Assembly: GCA_964615415.1 (NCBI GenBank)
Contig: CAZTNI010000003.1
Coordinates: 143,235 to 207,234, forward strand
Length of the DNA stretch: 64,000 nt
Direction of reading: 5' to 3'
Source: an uncultured Candidatus Saccharibacteria bacterium
GTDB taxonomy: Bacteria; Patescibacteriota; Minisyncoccia; Phycocordibacterales; SBAW01
Shown here: positions 36,383 to 45,648 of the stretch, piece after piece
Numbering within the stretch: the first letter of the stretch is position 1
Layout: each line of letters opens with the position of its first letter
Translations under genes and position numbers: made by a program
The notes under the pieces: model-generated
Seen by the model: only the letters and a program-made list of their open reading frames with translations
The model's database searches: none
Told to the model about the DNA's origin: nothing

Positions 36383-37324
36383 ATGGCAAAGAAACGCCTC
36401 CTTACGGGTCTTCAAGCTTCCGGTACGCTCCACATTGGTAACTATTTTGGTGCATTGAAGCCGTTTGTCGATTCCTACAAAGACTCTGAAAGCTTTTTAA
36501 TGGTCGCGGACTATCATGCGCTTACTTCGGTTAAGGACCCTGCAAAAGTGCGCACCGACATCGTTAATGTTGTTAAGGATTATGTTGCGGTAGGAGTAGA
36601 CCCGGCAGAGGCAATAATTTTTAAACAGTCCGATGTATTGGAACATACCGAGCTCGCCTGGATTCTTGAGACATTGATCCCGGTGCCGTATTTGGAAAAC
36701 GCACACGCGTACAAAGACAAAGTTGCAAAGGGGCTCGAGGCGAACGCAGGCTTGTTTAACTACCCAGTATTAATGGCTGCAGACATTCTTTTGTATGACA
36801 CTGAAGTGGTGCCGGTAGGGAGCGACCAAAAGCAGCATGTTGAATATGCTCGCGAGGCGGCTGCAAAGTTTAACAATGCGTACGGAAAGACATTTATCGA
36901 GCCGCAAGAAAAAATTGTAGAGGGTGTCGGCGTCGTGCCAGGTACCGACGGTAAGAAAATGAGCAAGAGCTACGGTAATACCATTCCTCTTTTCGGAACG
37001 AAGGAAGAAATTACAAAAGCGGTGATGGGTATCGTAACCGACTCTTCGGGTGAACGTCCGGAAAATGTGTACCAGATCCACAAACTCTTTAAGAGTGAGG
37101 CAGATCTGGCGGCACTCTACGAAGAGAAGAAAGGGAAGTATAAAGATTTAAAAGAAGCGCTGGCAGCAGATATTGAAAGTTTTATTGCGCCAATGCGTGC
37201 GAAGCGCGACAGTATTACAGACGAAGATGTGAAGAACATTCTTCGCGATGGTGCAGCAAAAGCTCGTGCAATTGCGTCTGCAAAAATGGCAGATGTTCGT
37301 AAGAAAGTGGGCGTAACACTTTAA
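36383..37324 (+). CDS. trpS: Tryptophanyl-tRNA synthetase
   Basis: It has the HIGN (TLHIGNYFG) and KMSKS motifs. The protein is 313 aa. Confidence 0.95.
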   Translation: MAKKRLLTGLQASGTLHIGNYFGALKPFVDSYKDSESFLMVADYHALTSVKDPAKVRTDIVNVVKDYVAVGVDPAEAIIFKQSDVLEHTELAWILETLIPVPYLENAHAYKDKVAKGLEANAGLFNYPVLMAADILLYDTEVVPVGSDQKQHVEYAREAAAKFNNAYGKTFIEPQEKIVEGVGVVPGTDGKKMSKSYGNTIPLFGTKEEITKAVMGIVTDSSGERPENVYQIHKLFKSEADLAALYEEKKGKYKDLKEALAADIESFIAPMRAKRDSITDEDVKNILRDGAAKARAIASAKMADVRKKVGVTL

Positions 37325-37330
37325 TTTTAT

Positions 37331-38668
37331 ATGGAGAGAATTTTAATTGGCGACTTATCAGGACATGTGGGCGAAACGGTATCTATCTCTGGATGGGTGG
37401 ATGTTGCGCGTAACCAGGGGAAGATGGCGTTCTTCGACTTCCGCGACCGCTCCGGCAAGGTGCAGGGTGTTGTCTTTGGTAAACCTGAAGTGCTTGAAGT
37501 TGCGCAAACTCTTAAGCAAGAATGGGTGGTGCGTATTGAGGGTAAGGTAAACGAGCGTCCAGAAAAAATGCGTCGCGACGTGCAAAACGGTTCTATCGAA
37601 CTGGAGATTACGGCTATAGAAATACTTTCGGAAGCGGAGGCAATGCCGTTTGCAACCGATGCAGAGCTTAACTTGGACACCATGCTCGACACACGTCCGC
37701 TGACGCTGCGCCGCGACAAAGAACGTGCGATTTTTAAAGTACAGTCAGAAATTGTTGGCGCATTTCGCGAGTATCTTCGTTCGCAGCAGTTTGTAGAATT
37801 TCAGGCGCCAAAGCTGGTGGGCGACGATGCCGAGGGTGGAGCAGGGGTATTTAAGGTTGAATACTTTAATGATAAAACCGCTTACCTTGCGACCTCGCCA
37901 CAGCTCTACAAGCAAATGTTGGTAGGAGTGTTTGAGCGTGTGTTTACGACCGGTACGCAATTCCGTGCGGAAAAGCACTCGACCACGCGCCATATTAACG
38001 AGATAGCCATGCTCGACTTCGAGATGGGCTTTATTAAAGACCATACAGACGTTATGCGTATGATCGCGGACACGCTTCGCTTTATTGTAGAGCGCGTAGG
38101 GGAAATCTGTGCAGCAGAATTGAAACTCTTTAACATCGAACTTCCAAAAGCGCCAGCAGAATTTCCGTCAATGAAGCTTCGCGAGGCGCAAGCTCTTATT
38201 AAAGAAAAAACGGGGAAGGATAAAACAAACGAGCCAGACTTAGAGCCCGAAGATGAACGTTGGCTTTCCGACTATGCGAAGGAAAACTTAGGGAGCGACT
38301 TTGTGTTCGTCACGCACTACCCAGTGTCGAAGCGCCCGTTTTATACGATGGAAGACGAGAACGACAAAGGCTTTACCAAGAGCTTTGACCTCCTCTTCCG
38401 TGGTGTAGAACTTATCTCCGGCAGTCAGCGTGTCCACAACTACGAGATGTTGGTAGAGAAAATTAAGTCGAAGGGCTTAAACCCAGAGAAATTCGGCTTC
38501 TACTTAATGGCTTTCAAGTATGGTTTGCCGCCGCACGGTGGTATCGGCATGGGCCTCGAGCGTCTTACGCAAAAGTTCCTCGGTCTCGATAACATTAAGG
38601 AAGCAACACTCTTCCCACGCGATATAAACCGCATCGACACGCTCCTCTCGACCGACGAGAAGAAATAA
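37331..38668 (+). CDS. aspS: Class IIb aminoacyl-tRNA synthetase, archaeal/eukaryal-type aspartyl- (or asparaginyl-) tRNA synthetase
   Basis: It has an N-terminal OB fold, motif 2 FRAE and motif 3 GGIGMGLERL. At 445 aa the Asp/Asn specificity cannot be decided by eye. Confidence 0.75.
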   Translation: MERILIGDLSGHVGETVSISGWVDVARNQGKMAFFDFRDRSGKVQGVVFGKPEVLEVAQTLKQEWVVRIEGKVNERPEKMRRDVQNGSIELEITAIEILSEAEAMPFATDAELNLDTMLDTRPLTLRRDKERAIFKVQSEIVGAFREYLRSQQFVEFQAPKLVGDDAEGGAGVFKVEYFNDKTAYLATSPQLYKQMLVGVFERVFTTGTQFRAEKHSTTRHINEIAMLDFEMGFIKDHTDVMRMIADTLRFIVERVGEICAAELKLFNIELPKAPAEFPSMKLREAQALIKEKTGKDKTNEPDLEPEDERWLSDYAKENLGSDFVFVTHYPVSKRPFYTMEDENDKGFTKSFDLLFRGVELISGSQRVHNYEMLVEKIKSKGLNPEKFGFYLMAFKYGLPPHGGIGMGLERLTQKFLGLDNIKEATLFPRDINRIDTLLSTDEKK

Positions 38669-38688
38669 TTAGTACATAATAGTTATTT

Positions 38689-39243
38689 ATGAAAACATAC
38701 ATTCTTGGACTTATTGGTGTAGTAGTGGTTGCGGGTGGTGGATACTTTGTGTGGCAAAATACGCAGACTCCCGCAGCAGCTCCACAAGAACAAACAGGCG
38801 ACACCACTCAAACCGAGACAGGAAATACCAACCAGCAAACAACATCTGAAGAGAGTTTTTCTGGCGAAGGTAGTTTTGCATCACTCATGGCGCGTGGCGG
38901 TAGCTACCAGTGCACCACTTCTATTGTTGTGCAAAATTCCGCATCAGAAGGTACGGTATTTATTTCGGGCGATAAAATTCGCGGTGACTTTACCTCACGG
39001 GCAGCAGGCATGACCATTACAAGCCACATGATCACGACCGGCGGATACGTATACTCGTGGTCAGATATGGTGCCGCAGGGTGTGAAGTCGAAGGTGACCG
39101 CAAGTTCGCAAGGAGGTACTGCTATGCAGGGTTCGTTTGATGTAAATATGAATATGCAGTACGACTGCGAGGCATGGAATCCTGACCAAAGTAAGTTTGT
39201 TGTTCCTTCTACGGTTACCTTTATGGAGGTGAATGGACAATAG
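38689..39243 (+). CDS. Hypothetical secreted/membrane-anchored protein
   Basis: It has an N-terminal TM helix and a Thr/Gln-rich linker. I recognised no family. Confidence 0.5.
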   Translation: MKTYILGLIGVVVVAGGGYFVWQNTQTPAAAPQEQTGDTTQTETGNTNQQTTSEESFSGEGSFASLMARGGSYQCTTSIVVQNSASEGTVFISGDKIRGDFTSRAAGMTITSHMITTGGYVYSWSDMVPQGVKSKVTASSQGGTAMQGSFDVNMNMQYDCEAWNPDQSKFVVPSTVTFMEVNGQ

Positions 39244-39433
39244 TAATCAGTAATCGACAAGAAAATACAGGTGTGGTACATATAAAGATATGACGTTTGG
39301 GAATACACAGTTTGTGCTCGTCGTCCTTAGCAGCCCGAGAGGTGGGTTGTTTGTTGGATGATTCCCAAAATTATCTAACGAAGAGCCCGCCTCAAGCGGG
39401 CTCTTTTCGTCTCAAACACCTAAAGGAGGAATA

Positions 39434-39721
39434 ATGAGCGGAAATGGTCGGTACTTTGGTCCGTATAACGGTGCGCGCTGGGCTATTAGCGTCCCCGTTG
39501 GCAACCGGTGGGTTAGTCTTGTCGAGGGGTGCTGTCTTGACGACCCGAGCGACAAGGAAGCCATTCTGCATGCGCTCTACATCGACCCGAGTGACATCGA
39601 GCAGGTGGAGCAGCTCTTTATAAACGGCGATGGTCGGCCCCGGCCGACGCTCGAACTCCTGGAGCATTTTGCACCCGCAGAATTTAAAAAGCGGGTCGTG
39701 CGAGGGGAGAGCGGCGTGTGA
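39434..39721 (+). CDS. Hypothetical small protein (95 aa), GC-rich, with its own flanking terminators
   Basis: It has a strong RBS (AAAGGAGGAATAATG). Terminators lie at 39382-39412 upstream and 39736-39770 downstream. Confidence 0.45.
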   Translation: MSGNGRYFGPYNGARWAISVPVGNRWVSLVEGCCLDDPSDKEAILHALYIDPSDIEQVEQLFINGDGRPRPTLELLEHFAPAEFKKRVVRGESGV

Positions 39722-39792
39722 GTAGAGTACGTAAACCCAGACCGAAAAACGGTCTGGGTTTTTTCTTTGTTTTGTGGTATGGTGCGGCCACT

Positions 39793-41187
39793 ATGACGAC
39801 CACTTTTACTCAAGCTCTGCCAGACGGTTTTACCCAGGTTCGCCTTATTTCAGGCCCTGTTACACGGTTTATAGAAAAGAACGGAGTTACTGAACTCCAC
39901 CTTGGCTACGGTTCTAAAAAGCCGCTTACGCAGCGCAAAGCGACCATCTTCCTGCGCAAAATTATCGTTGTTTCGAAGCAATACAAACTGAAGAGTATCG
40001 CGCTCGATTGGAAAGAGCTTCGCGCGCTCGTTGAGAAAAGTGTGAGCGATAAAAAGTTGGGCGAAGTGGCTGCAGTTGCATTTGCGATGGCGAACTTCGA
40101 CTTTAATATTTATAAAACCGAGCCAGAGGGCGGGTTTGATAGTGTGGACGAAGTTGCACTCCTTAACGCACCTAAGACGGCACAAGAGGGTGTCGCTCGC
40201 GGCGAAGTAATCGGGATTGAAGTTAACTCAACCCGCGCACTTTCTAACACTCCAGGTGGCGACATGACGCCGCGCCTGCTTGCAGAGTCTGCAAACACAC
40301 TCGCCAAAGGAACCAAGGTGCAGGTAAAGGTACTGAACCAAACCGACATGCAGAAACTCGGCATGGGCGGCGTTGTCGGTATTGGTAAAGGGTCTAAGGA
40401 AGAGCCACAATTTATTATTGCTGAGTATTGGGGTGCAGCGAAGTCTGTAAAACCGGTCGTACTTGTCGGTAAAGGTGTGACGTTTGATACCGGCGGGCTC
40501 AATATTAAAACTGGCGACGGCATGTACGAAATGCATATGGACATGTCGGGTGGCTCGGCTGTTATTCACGCAGTTATTCTTGCTGCGAAGTTGGGTCTTA
40601 AAGTAAACGTTATCGCACTTGTCCCTGCGGTAGAGAACCATCCCGGTGGTGAGTCAGTGCGCCCAGGTGACATTTTGAAGTCACTCTCTGGCCGTACGAT
40701 CGAAATTTTGAATACCGACGCAGAAGGTCGCGTGATCCTTGCGGATGCTATTACGTACTCGAAGCGCTACAATCCGAAAATTGTTGTCGATGTTGCAACG
40801 CTTACCGGCGCGTCGCTTACGGCGCTCGGGACTCAGGCGAGCGCATTCATGACCAATAAAGACGCGCTTATCCCGAAAATCCAAGCACTCGGTGAAGAAA
40901 GCGGCGATTATATGTGGCCGTTTCCGGCATGGGAAGAGTACGAGGACATGGTGAAGGGAAACTTTGGCGATGTGCCGAATATTTCTACTGCGGGCAACTC
41001 GCGCTACGGTGGTGTTATTGCGGGTGGCATGTTCCTCCGCGAATTTGCAAAAGACCTCGAGTGTCCGTGGGTGCATGTTGATATGGCGCCGCGCATGACC
41101 GCAACGAGTGGCGAATTCTTAAGCAGGGGAGCAGCTGGTGCGCCAGTACGCTTTCTTCTTGGTATTATTGAGGAGTACGGTCGCTAG
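39793..41187 (+). CDS. pepA: Leucyl aminopeptidase (M17)
   Basis: The NTDAEGRL signature (ILNTDAEGRVILADA) is present, along with metal ligands. It starts at MTTTFTQ; the track start lies inside the terminator. Confidence 0.9.
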   Translation: MTTTFTQALPDGFTQVRLISGPVTRFIEKNGVTELHLGYGSKKPLTQRKATIFLRKIIVVSKQYKLKSIALDWKELRALVEKSVSDKKLGEVAAVAFAMANFDFNIYKTEPEGGFDSVDEVALLNAPKTAQEGVARGEVIGIEVNSTRALSNTPGGDMTPRLLAESANTLAKGTKVQVKVLNQTDMQKLGMGGVVGIGKGSKEEPQFIIAEYWGAAKSVKPVVLVGKGVTFDTGGLNIKTGDGMYEMHMDMSGGSAVIHAVILAAKLGLKVNVIALVPAVENHPGGESVRPGDILKSLSGRTIEILNTDAEGRVILADAITYSKRYNPKIVVDVATLTGASLTALGTQASAFMTNKDALIPKIQALGEESGDYMWPFPAWEEYEDMVKGNFGDVPNISTAGNSRYGGVIAGGMFLREFAKDLECPWVHVDMAPRMTATSGEFLSRGAAGAPVRFLLGIIEEYGR

Positions 41188-41296
41188 GCTTTGTAAAACA
41201 AGTTGAGCGGAGTGTCTCGCAGGCCGACGGGCCGAGAGTCAGCGCTGGCGCTGCTGCGCCAGACAGCGACTCCGTGAGACTTCGTTTTACAAAGCC
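41188..41296. repeat. 109-nt structured intergenic element bounded by perfect 13-bp inverted repeats (GGCTTTGTAAAAC ... GTTTTACAAAGCC)
   Basis: The inverted repeats lie at 41188-41200 and 41284-41296. The GC-rich internal segment contains nested stems: GAGTC...GACTC enclosing CTGGCGC-TGCT-GCGCCAG, and GGCC-GACG-GGCC. Confidence 0.5.
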
Positions 41297-41315
41297 TCGA
41301 GCGAGCTATACACCC

Positions 41316-42038
41316 ATGCCCATCACTGTTAAAACACCAGTATACGAAGGCCCACTCGACCTTCTTTTGGAGTTGATAGAAAAGCGCAAGCTGCTTATCA
41401 ACGATATTTCGCTTGCGGCAGTTACGGATGAGTATATTGCGAAAATAAATTCGATGGATGAGGTCCCGATGGGGGAGACAGCCGAGTTTATTGCGCTTGC
41501 AGCAACACTCTTGCTTATTAAGTCGCGCTCGCTCCTCCCGACACTCGAGCTTTCCGACGAAGAGACGCAAGACATTAAAGAACTCGAGTACCGCTTGGCT
41601 GTCTACCAGATTATTAAAGAGTCTGCGCGCGAACTTGTGAAGAATTTTCGCCTCCCGATGCTGCACGAGAGTGATGGTGTAGAGCCGGACCCTCTCTTCC
41701 ATCCAGATGAAACAATTACGATTGCAAATATTGCTGCTGCAGCACACAACCTGATCGCTGGTTTTCCGCAACCCACGGTGCTTCCTAAAGTTGCGGTAAA
41801 AAAAGTTATTTCGCTTGAAGAAATGATCGAATCTCTCGCGAAGCGCGTTACGACCGCGATGAGGCTTTCATTTAAAGAGTTTTCGGGGATGGGGAAGGCG
41901 CACAAACCCGACGTGATTGTGAGCTTTTTAGCCTTACTAGAGCTGGTAAAACAGGGTATAATTAAAGCTACCCAAGAAAACAAGCACGGCGACATTACGC
42001 TGGAAAGCGACGCCGTGTCGACCCCTTCGTATGAATGA
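41316..42038 (+). CDS. scpA: Segregation and condensation protein A
   Basis: The ScpA family N-terminus reads PLDLLLELIEKRKLLINDISLAAVTDEY. Confidence 0.85.
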   Translation: MPITVKTPVYEGPLDLLLELIEKRKLLINDISLAAVTDEYIAKINSMDEVPMGETAEFIALAATLLLIKSRSLLPTLELSDEETQDIKELEYRLAVYQIIKESARELVKNFRLPMLHESDGVEPDPLFHPDETITIANIAAAAHNLIAGFPQPTVLPKVAVKKVISLEEMIESLAKRVTTAMRLSFKEFSGMGKAHKPDVIVSFLALLELVKQGIIKATQENKHGDITLESDAVSTPSYE

Positions 42039-42579
42039 CCAGGAATTGATGCAAAGTATAGAGGCGCTGCTTTTTGCTTTTAGTCGCCCATTTTCGCGCG
42101 ACGAACTCGCGTCTATGCTCGATGTTGAAGCAGAAAAGCTAGAAGCTGCGCTTGCGGCTCTCAAAACGAATTTTAATAATCGCGGCATAACACTCGTTGA
42201 TGATGGAAAAGTAGTGGAACTGCGTACGACACCAGTTGCCGCGGCAACTATCGAGCGTGTTCGCCGGGAAGAATTTTCTCGCGACATCGGTCGTGCGGGG
42301 TTAGAAGCTCTTGCGGCCATTCTGTACCGTGGTCCGCTCTCGCGCTCGGAAATTGACTTCATTCGCGGTGTTAATTCATCGCAAACACTCCGCACGCTCC
42401 TTATGCGCGGTCTTATTCGCAAGGTACCGAACCCTAAGGACGAGCGGTCATTCCTCTACGAGCCTACAACAGAGTTGTATGCAGAATTAAGCATTACCGC
42501 GCGCGCCGATTTGCCTGAGTTTGCAACAGTACAGCAAAAACTTGCTGACCTGGAGGCGTCATATAAAGCACAATCATGA
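42031..42579 (+). CDS. scpB: Segregation and condensation protein B
   Basis: It has a tandem winged-helix arrangement, and its start overlaps the scpA stop. Confidence 0.85.
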   Translation: MNDQELMQSIEALLFAFSRPFSRDELASMLDVEAEKLEAALAALKTNFNNRGITLVDDGKVVELRTTPVAAATIERVRREEFSRDIGRAGLEALAAILYRGPLSRSEIDFIRGVNSSQTLRTLLMRGLIRKVPNPKDERSFLYEPTTELYAELSITARADLPEFATVQQKLADLEASYKAQS

Positions 42580-43490
42580 GATTCCCACGTCACCACACTG
42601 TTCTCGATAGTCTTGCGGCAACCTTTGCTGGCGGCACCGTATTTTTTGGCATGCTGCTTTTCGCAGCGCATCCGCAGGTTGGACTCGTTGCTCCGACGAC
42701 CCCACAATTTCCTACAGCTATTACGGTGGCACCCGAGATGTTGACCGCACAAAGTGCGGTGGTCTACGACCCAGGGACGAATCGCATTCTCTACGCAAAG
42801 GAGGCGAACGTGCAGCGACCGCTCGCGTCACTGACGAAACTGATGGCTGCCGCTGCAGTACTTTCCGCACAAAAAGAAAATAGGGCAGTTACTATTACGC
42901 GCGAGGACATTGCACCGGAAGGTGATTGGGACCTGCGCGTTGGCGAGAGTTGGCCGCTCTATGACCTGGTGAAACTCGGTCTTGTTGCTTCGTCGAACGA
43001 TGCTATGGCAGCAGCTGCGGCATCAGTGGGAGGGTCGCTGATCGATACGATGAATCAGGCGGCAAAAAACCTTGGTCTTTCGCACACGTATTTCCTTAAC
43101 CCAACAGGTCTTGATGAAGACTTAGAAACAGCAGGTGCGTACGGCTCAGCTCACGACATGGCACTTCTTACCGCAACATTCTTGCAAGAATTTCCCGACT
43201 TTTTTGAAGCGACTGCACAAGAAGGGGGCATAACCATTCAAAACGGCGATCATCTTATTTATGCAAACGCGACGACGGAGCCGCTCCACGCTCTGCCGGG
43301 ACTCATTGGTGCAAAAACAGGGTACACTGATCTGGCGGGTGGCAACTTGGTTGCCGCAGTCGACATTGAGGTCGGACGCCCGCTTATTATTGCCGTGCTC
43401 GGGTCTACCCGTGAAGGCCGTTTTACTGATGTAGAGACATTAGTACAGGCGCTACGCGGCACTCTTGTAGCTTCCTCAACAACACCATGA
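42576..43490 (+). CDS. D-alanyl-D-alanine carboxypeptidase (S11, PBP5-like)
   Basis: The motifs are SxxK (ASLTK), SxN (SSND) and KTG (AKTGYT). It has a signal/TM N-terminus. Confidence 0.85.
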   Translation: MRFPRHHTVLDSLAATFAGGTVFFGMLLFAAHPQVGLVAPTTPQFPTAITVAPEMLTAQSAVVYDPGTNRILYAKEANVQRPLASLTKLMAAAAVLSAQKENRAVTITREDIAPEGDWDLRVGESWPLYDLVKLGLVASSNDAMAAAAASVGGSLIDTMNQAAKNLGLSHTYFLNPTGLDEDLETAGAYGSAHDMALLTATFLQEFPDFFEATAQEGGITIQNGDHLIYANATTEPLHALPGLIGAKTGYTDLAGGNLVAAVDIEVGRPLIIAVLGSTREGRFTDVETLVQALRGTLVASSTTP

Positions 43491-44536
43491 CCATAGACGC
43501 ACTTCGTATTTTTATACCGGCAGTCATTACCTTTTTAATCGGCATCGCTATGACGCCGTTTGTTACGCACATACTCTATAAACATCGCCTCTGGAAGAAG
43601 AAGGCCGGCAAGGTGGCGCTCGACGGTACCACGGCAGTTGTTTTTAATCAGTTGCACGAGACGCGCGAGGTGGGCACGCCGCGTTTAGGTGGCGTCATTA
43701 TCTGGGGCAGTGTGCTCCTTGCTGCAGGGTTGTTGCAGCTCTTGGCGTTTGTCCTCCCAGAGACATTTGAAGGATTAGGGTTTATTAGTCGGAACCAGAC
43801 GTGGGTGCCGCTTGCGGCACTTGCGGTGGGCGCGCTGGTTGGCCTCGTAGATGATCTTTTTGAAGTGTGGGGGAAGGGAGGTTTGCGCTTGCGTGTCCGT
43901 CTTACTGCGGTTGCGATCATAGCAACACTCTGTGCATATTGGTTTTATACACGTCTTGATGTGTCCTCCATCACGTTTCCATTGCTCGACACGGTTAATC
44001 TCGGCCTCTACTTTATCCCATTCTTTTTGCTCGTTGCGCTTTTCCTCTACGCGGGAGGAGTTATTGACGGTATCGATGGTTTAGCCGGTGGCATATTCGC
44101 AATTATTTTCGGAGCCTACGGCGCGCTCGCATTCTTTCAAAATCAGATGGACATTGCGGGTCTTTGTGCCGCAATAACGGGTGGTCTGCTTGCATTTTTG
44201 TGGTTTAACATTCCGCCTGCACGTTTTTACATGTCCGAAACAGGAAGCATGGCGCTCACTATTGTTCTTACTGTTGTTGCATTTCTTACCGACGTGCGCG
44301 GTGGCGGACAAGGGTTGCTGGTGCTTCCGCTCATTGCGCTCCCGCTTGTGCTTACCGTGTGTTCGGTTATGGTGCAGCTCTTTGGTAAAAAAGTACTAAA
44401 GCGAAAGATTTTCCGTGTAGCCCCCTTGCATCATCACTTCGAAGCGCTAGGGTGGCCTCCGTATAAAGTAACCATGCGCTACTGGATCGTAGGAGTGGTA
44501 GCGGCAATAGCTGGTCTCGCGATCGCTCTTTTGTGA
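43487..44536 (+). CDS. mraY: Phospho-N-acetylmuramoyl-pentapeptide transferase
   Basis: It is a polytopic membrane protein with MraY conserved loops (NQLHETREVGTPRLGG, DDxxD-like VDDLFEVWG). Confidence 0.9.
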   Translation: MTIDALRIFIPAVITFLIGIAMTPFVTHILYKHRLWKKKAGKVALDGTTAVVFNQLHETREVGTPRLGGVIIWGSVLLAAGLLQLLAFVLPETFEGLGFISRNQTWVPLAALAVGALVGLVDDLFEVWGKGGLRLRVRLTAVAIIATLCAYWFYTRLDVSSITFPLLDTVNLGLYFIPFFLLVALFLYAGGVIDGIDGLAGGIFAIIFGAYGALAFFQNQMDIAGLCAAITGGLLAFLWFNIPPARFYMSETGSMALTIVLTVVAFLTDVRGGGQGLLVLPLIALPLVLTVCSVMVQLFGKKVLKRKIFRVAPLHHHFEALGWPPYKVTMRYWIVGVVAAIAGLAIALL

Positions 44537-45630
44537 AAAAAACGTTTGATACACCATTTTTGCTCGTACTCTCAAGTCTCGTGGTGGCGGGGCTCCTTAT
44601 TTTTACCTCTGCGGCCCTTGGTCTCTTGGCGCGCGATGGCGCCAGCTTTTCTTCCGTAACAGTAAGTCAGCTCTTGCTCGGGTTAGTGTGTGGTGGCGTA
44701 GCATTTTTCGTGCTCTCTCGGATGGATTATCGCAAGTGGCGACCGTACACGCCGTACTTCTTTGGTGTCGCCATGTTCCTTACACTCCTCACATTTGTTC
44801 CCTTTATTGGGCTTGAACTGAAAGGAGCTGCGCGTTGGATCAATCTCGGCCCGTTTACGTTCCAACCTGCAGAGTTGCTTAAGTTTGCAGCCGTACTATT
44901 CCTAGGTGCTCTCTATGCAGCCAACTTCAAGAAAATTAACACTCTGAAAGGAGGACTACTGCCGCTTGCGGTAGTGCCGGGAATTGCAGCGCTCGTACTG
45001 CTTTTGCAGCCGGACACCGACGCAGTGGTGATACTGATGCTTGCGTCAGTTGGAATGCTGTTTGTGGCGGGAGGCCGGTTGCTGCACCTCGGGCTACTGC
45101 TGCTTATGGGTGTGTTGGTGATAGGGGTGGTCGCATGGCAGCGCCCGTATGTGATGGAACGCATCCAAACGTTTATACACCAGGAAGCAGACCCGCACGG
45201 TGCAGGATGGCAAATACAACAGTCGCTTATTTCTGTGGGCTCGGGCGGACTGACCGGCAGGGGGTTTGGTCAAAGTATTCAAAAATTTTCGTACTTGCCG
45301 GAACCAATTGGCGACTCGGTGTTTGCTGTAGCGGCCGAGGAGTTCGGTTTTATGGGGAGTGTGGGGCTCGTTATGCTCTATGTCGCGTTTGCGCTGCTTG
45401 GTCTACGGATTGCCTCGCGCGCAGCAGACCCCTTTGGTGGACTCATTGTTGTTGGGCTTGTTATACTTATTATCGGTCAATCGTTTTTCAATATGGCCTC
45501 GACCTTGGGGCTTATTCCACTCTCGGGCTTGCCGCTTATTTTCGTATCGCATGGTGGTTCGGCGCTCGCGATCGCACTTGCTGAGGCGGGTGTTATCGTA
45601 AGTGTATCTCGCCGCATGCGGCAGAAATAA
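44533..45630 (+). CDS. ftsW: SEDS family peptidoglycan polymerase FtsW/RodA
   Basis: It has 10 TM helices and SEDS motifs. It has a GTG start that overlaps the mraY stop. Confidence 0.85.
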   Translation: MKKTFDTPFLLVLSSLVVAGLLIFTSAALGLLARDGASFSSVTVSQLLLGLVCGGVAFFVLSRMDYRKWRPYTPYFFGVAMFLTLLTFVPFIGLELKGAARWINLGPFTFQPAELLKFAAVLFLGALYAANFKKINTLKGGLLPLAVVPGIAALVLLLQPDTDAVVILMLASVGMLFVAGGRLLHLGLLLLMGVLVIGVVAWQRPYVMERIQTFIHQEADPHGAGWQIQQSLISVGSGGLTGRGFGQSIQKFSYLPEPIGDSVFAVAAEEFGFMGSVGLVMLYVAFALLGLRIASRAADPFGGLIVVGLVILIIGQSFFNMASTLGLIPLSGLPLIFVSHGGSALAIALAEAGVIVSVSRRMRQK

Positions 45631-45648
45631 GACAATTTTCACTCGATT

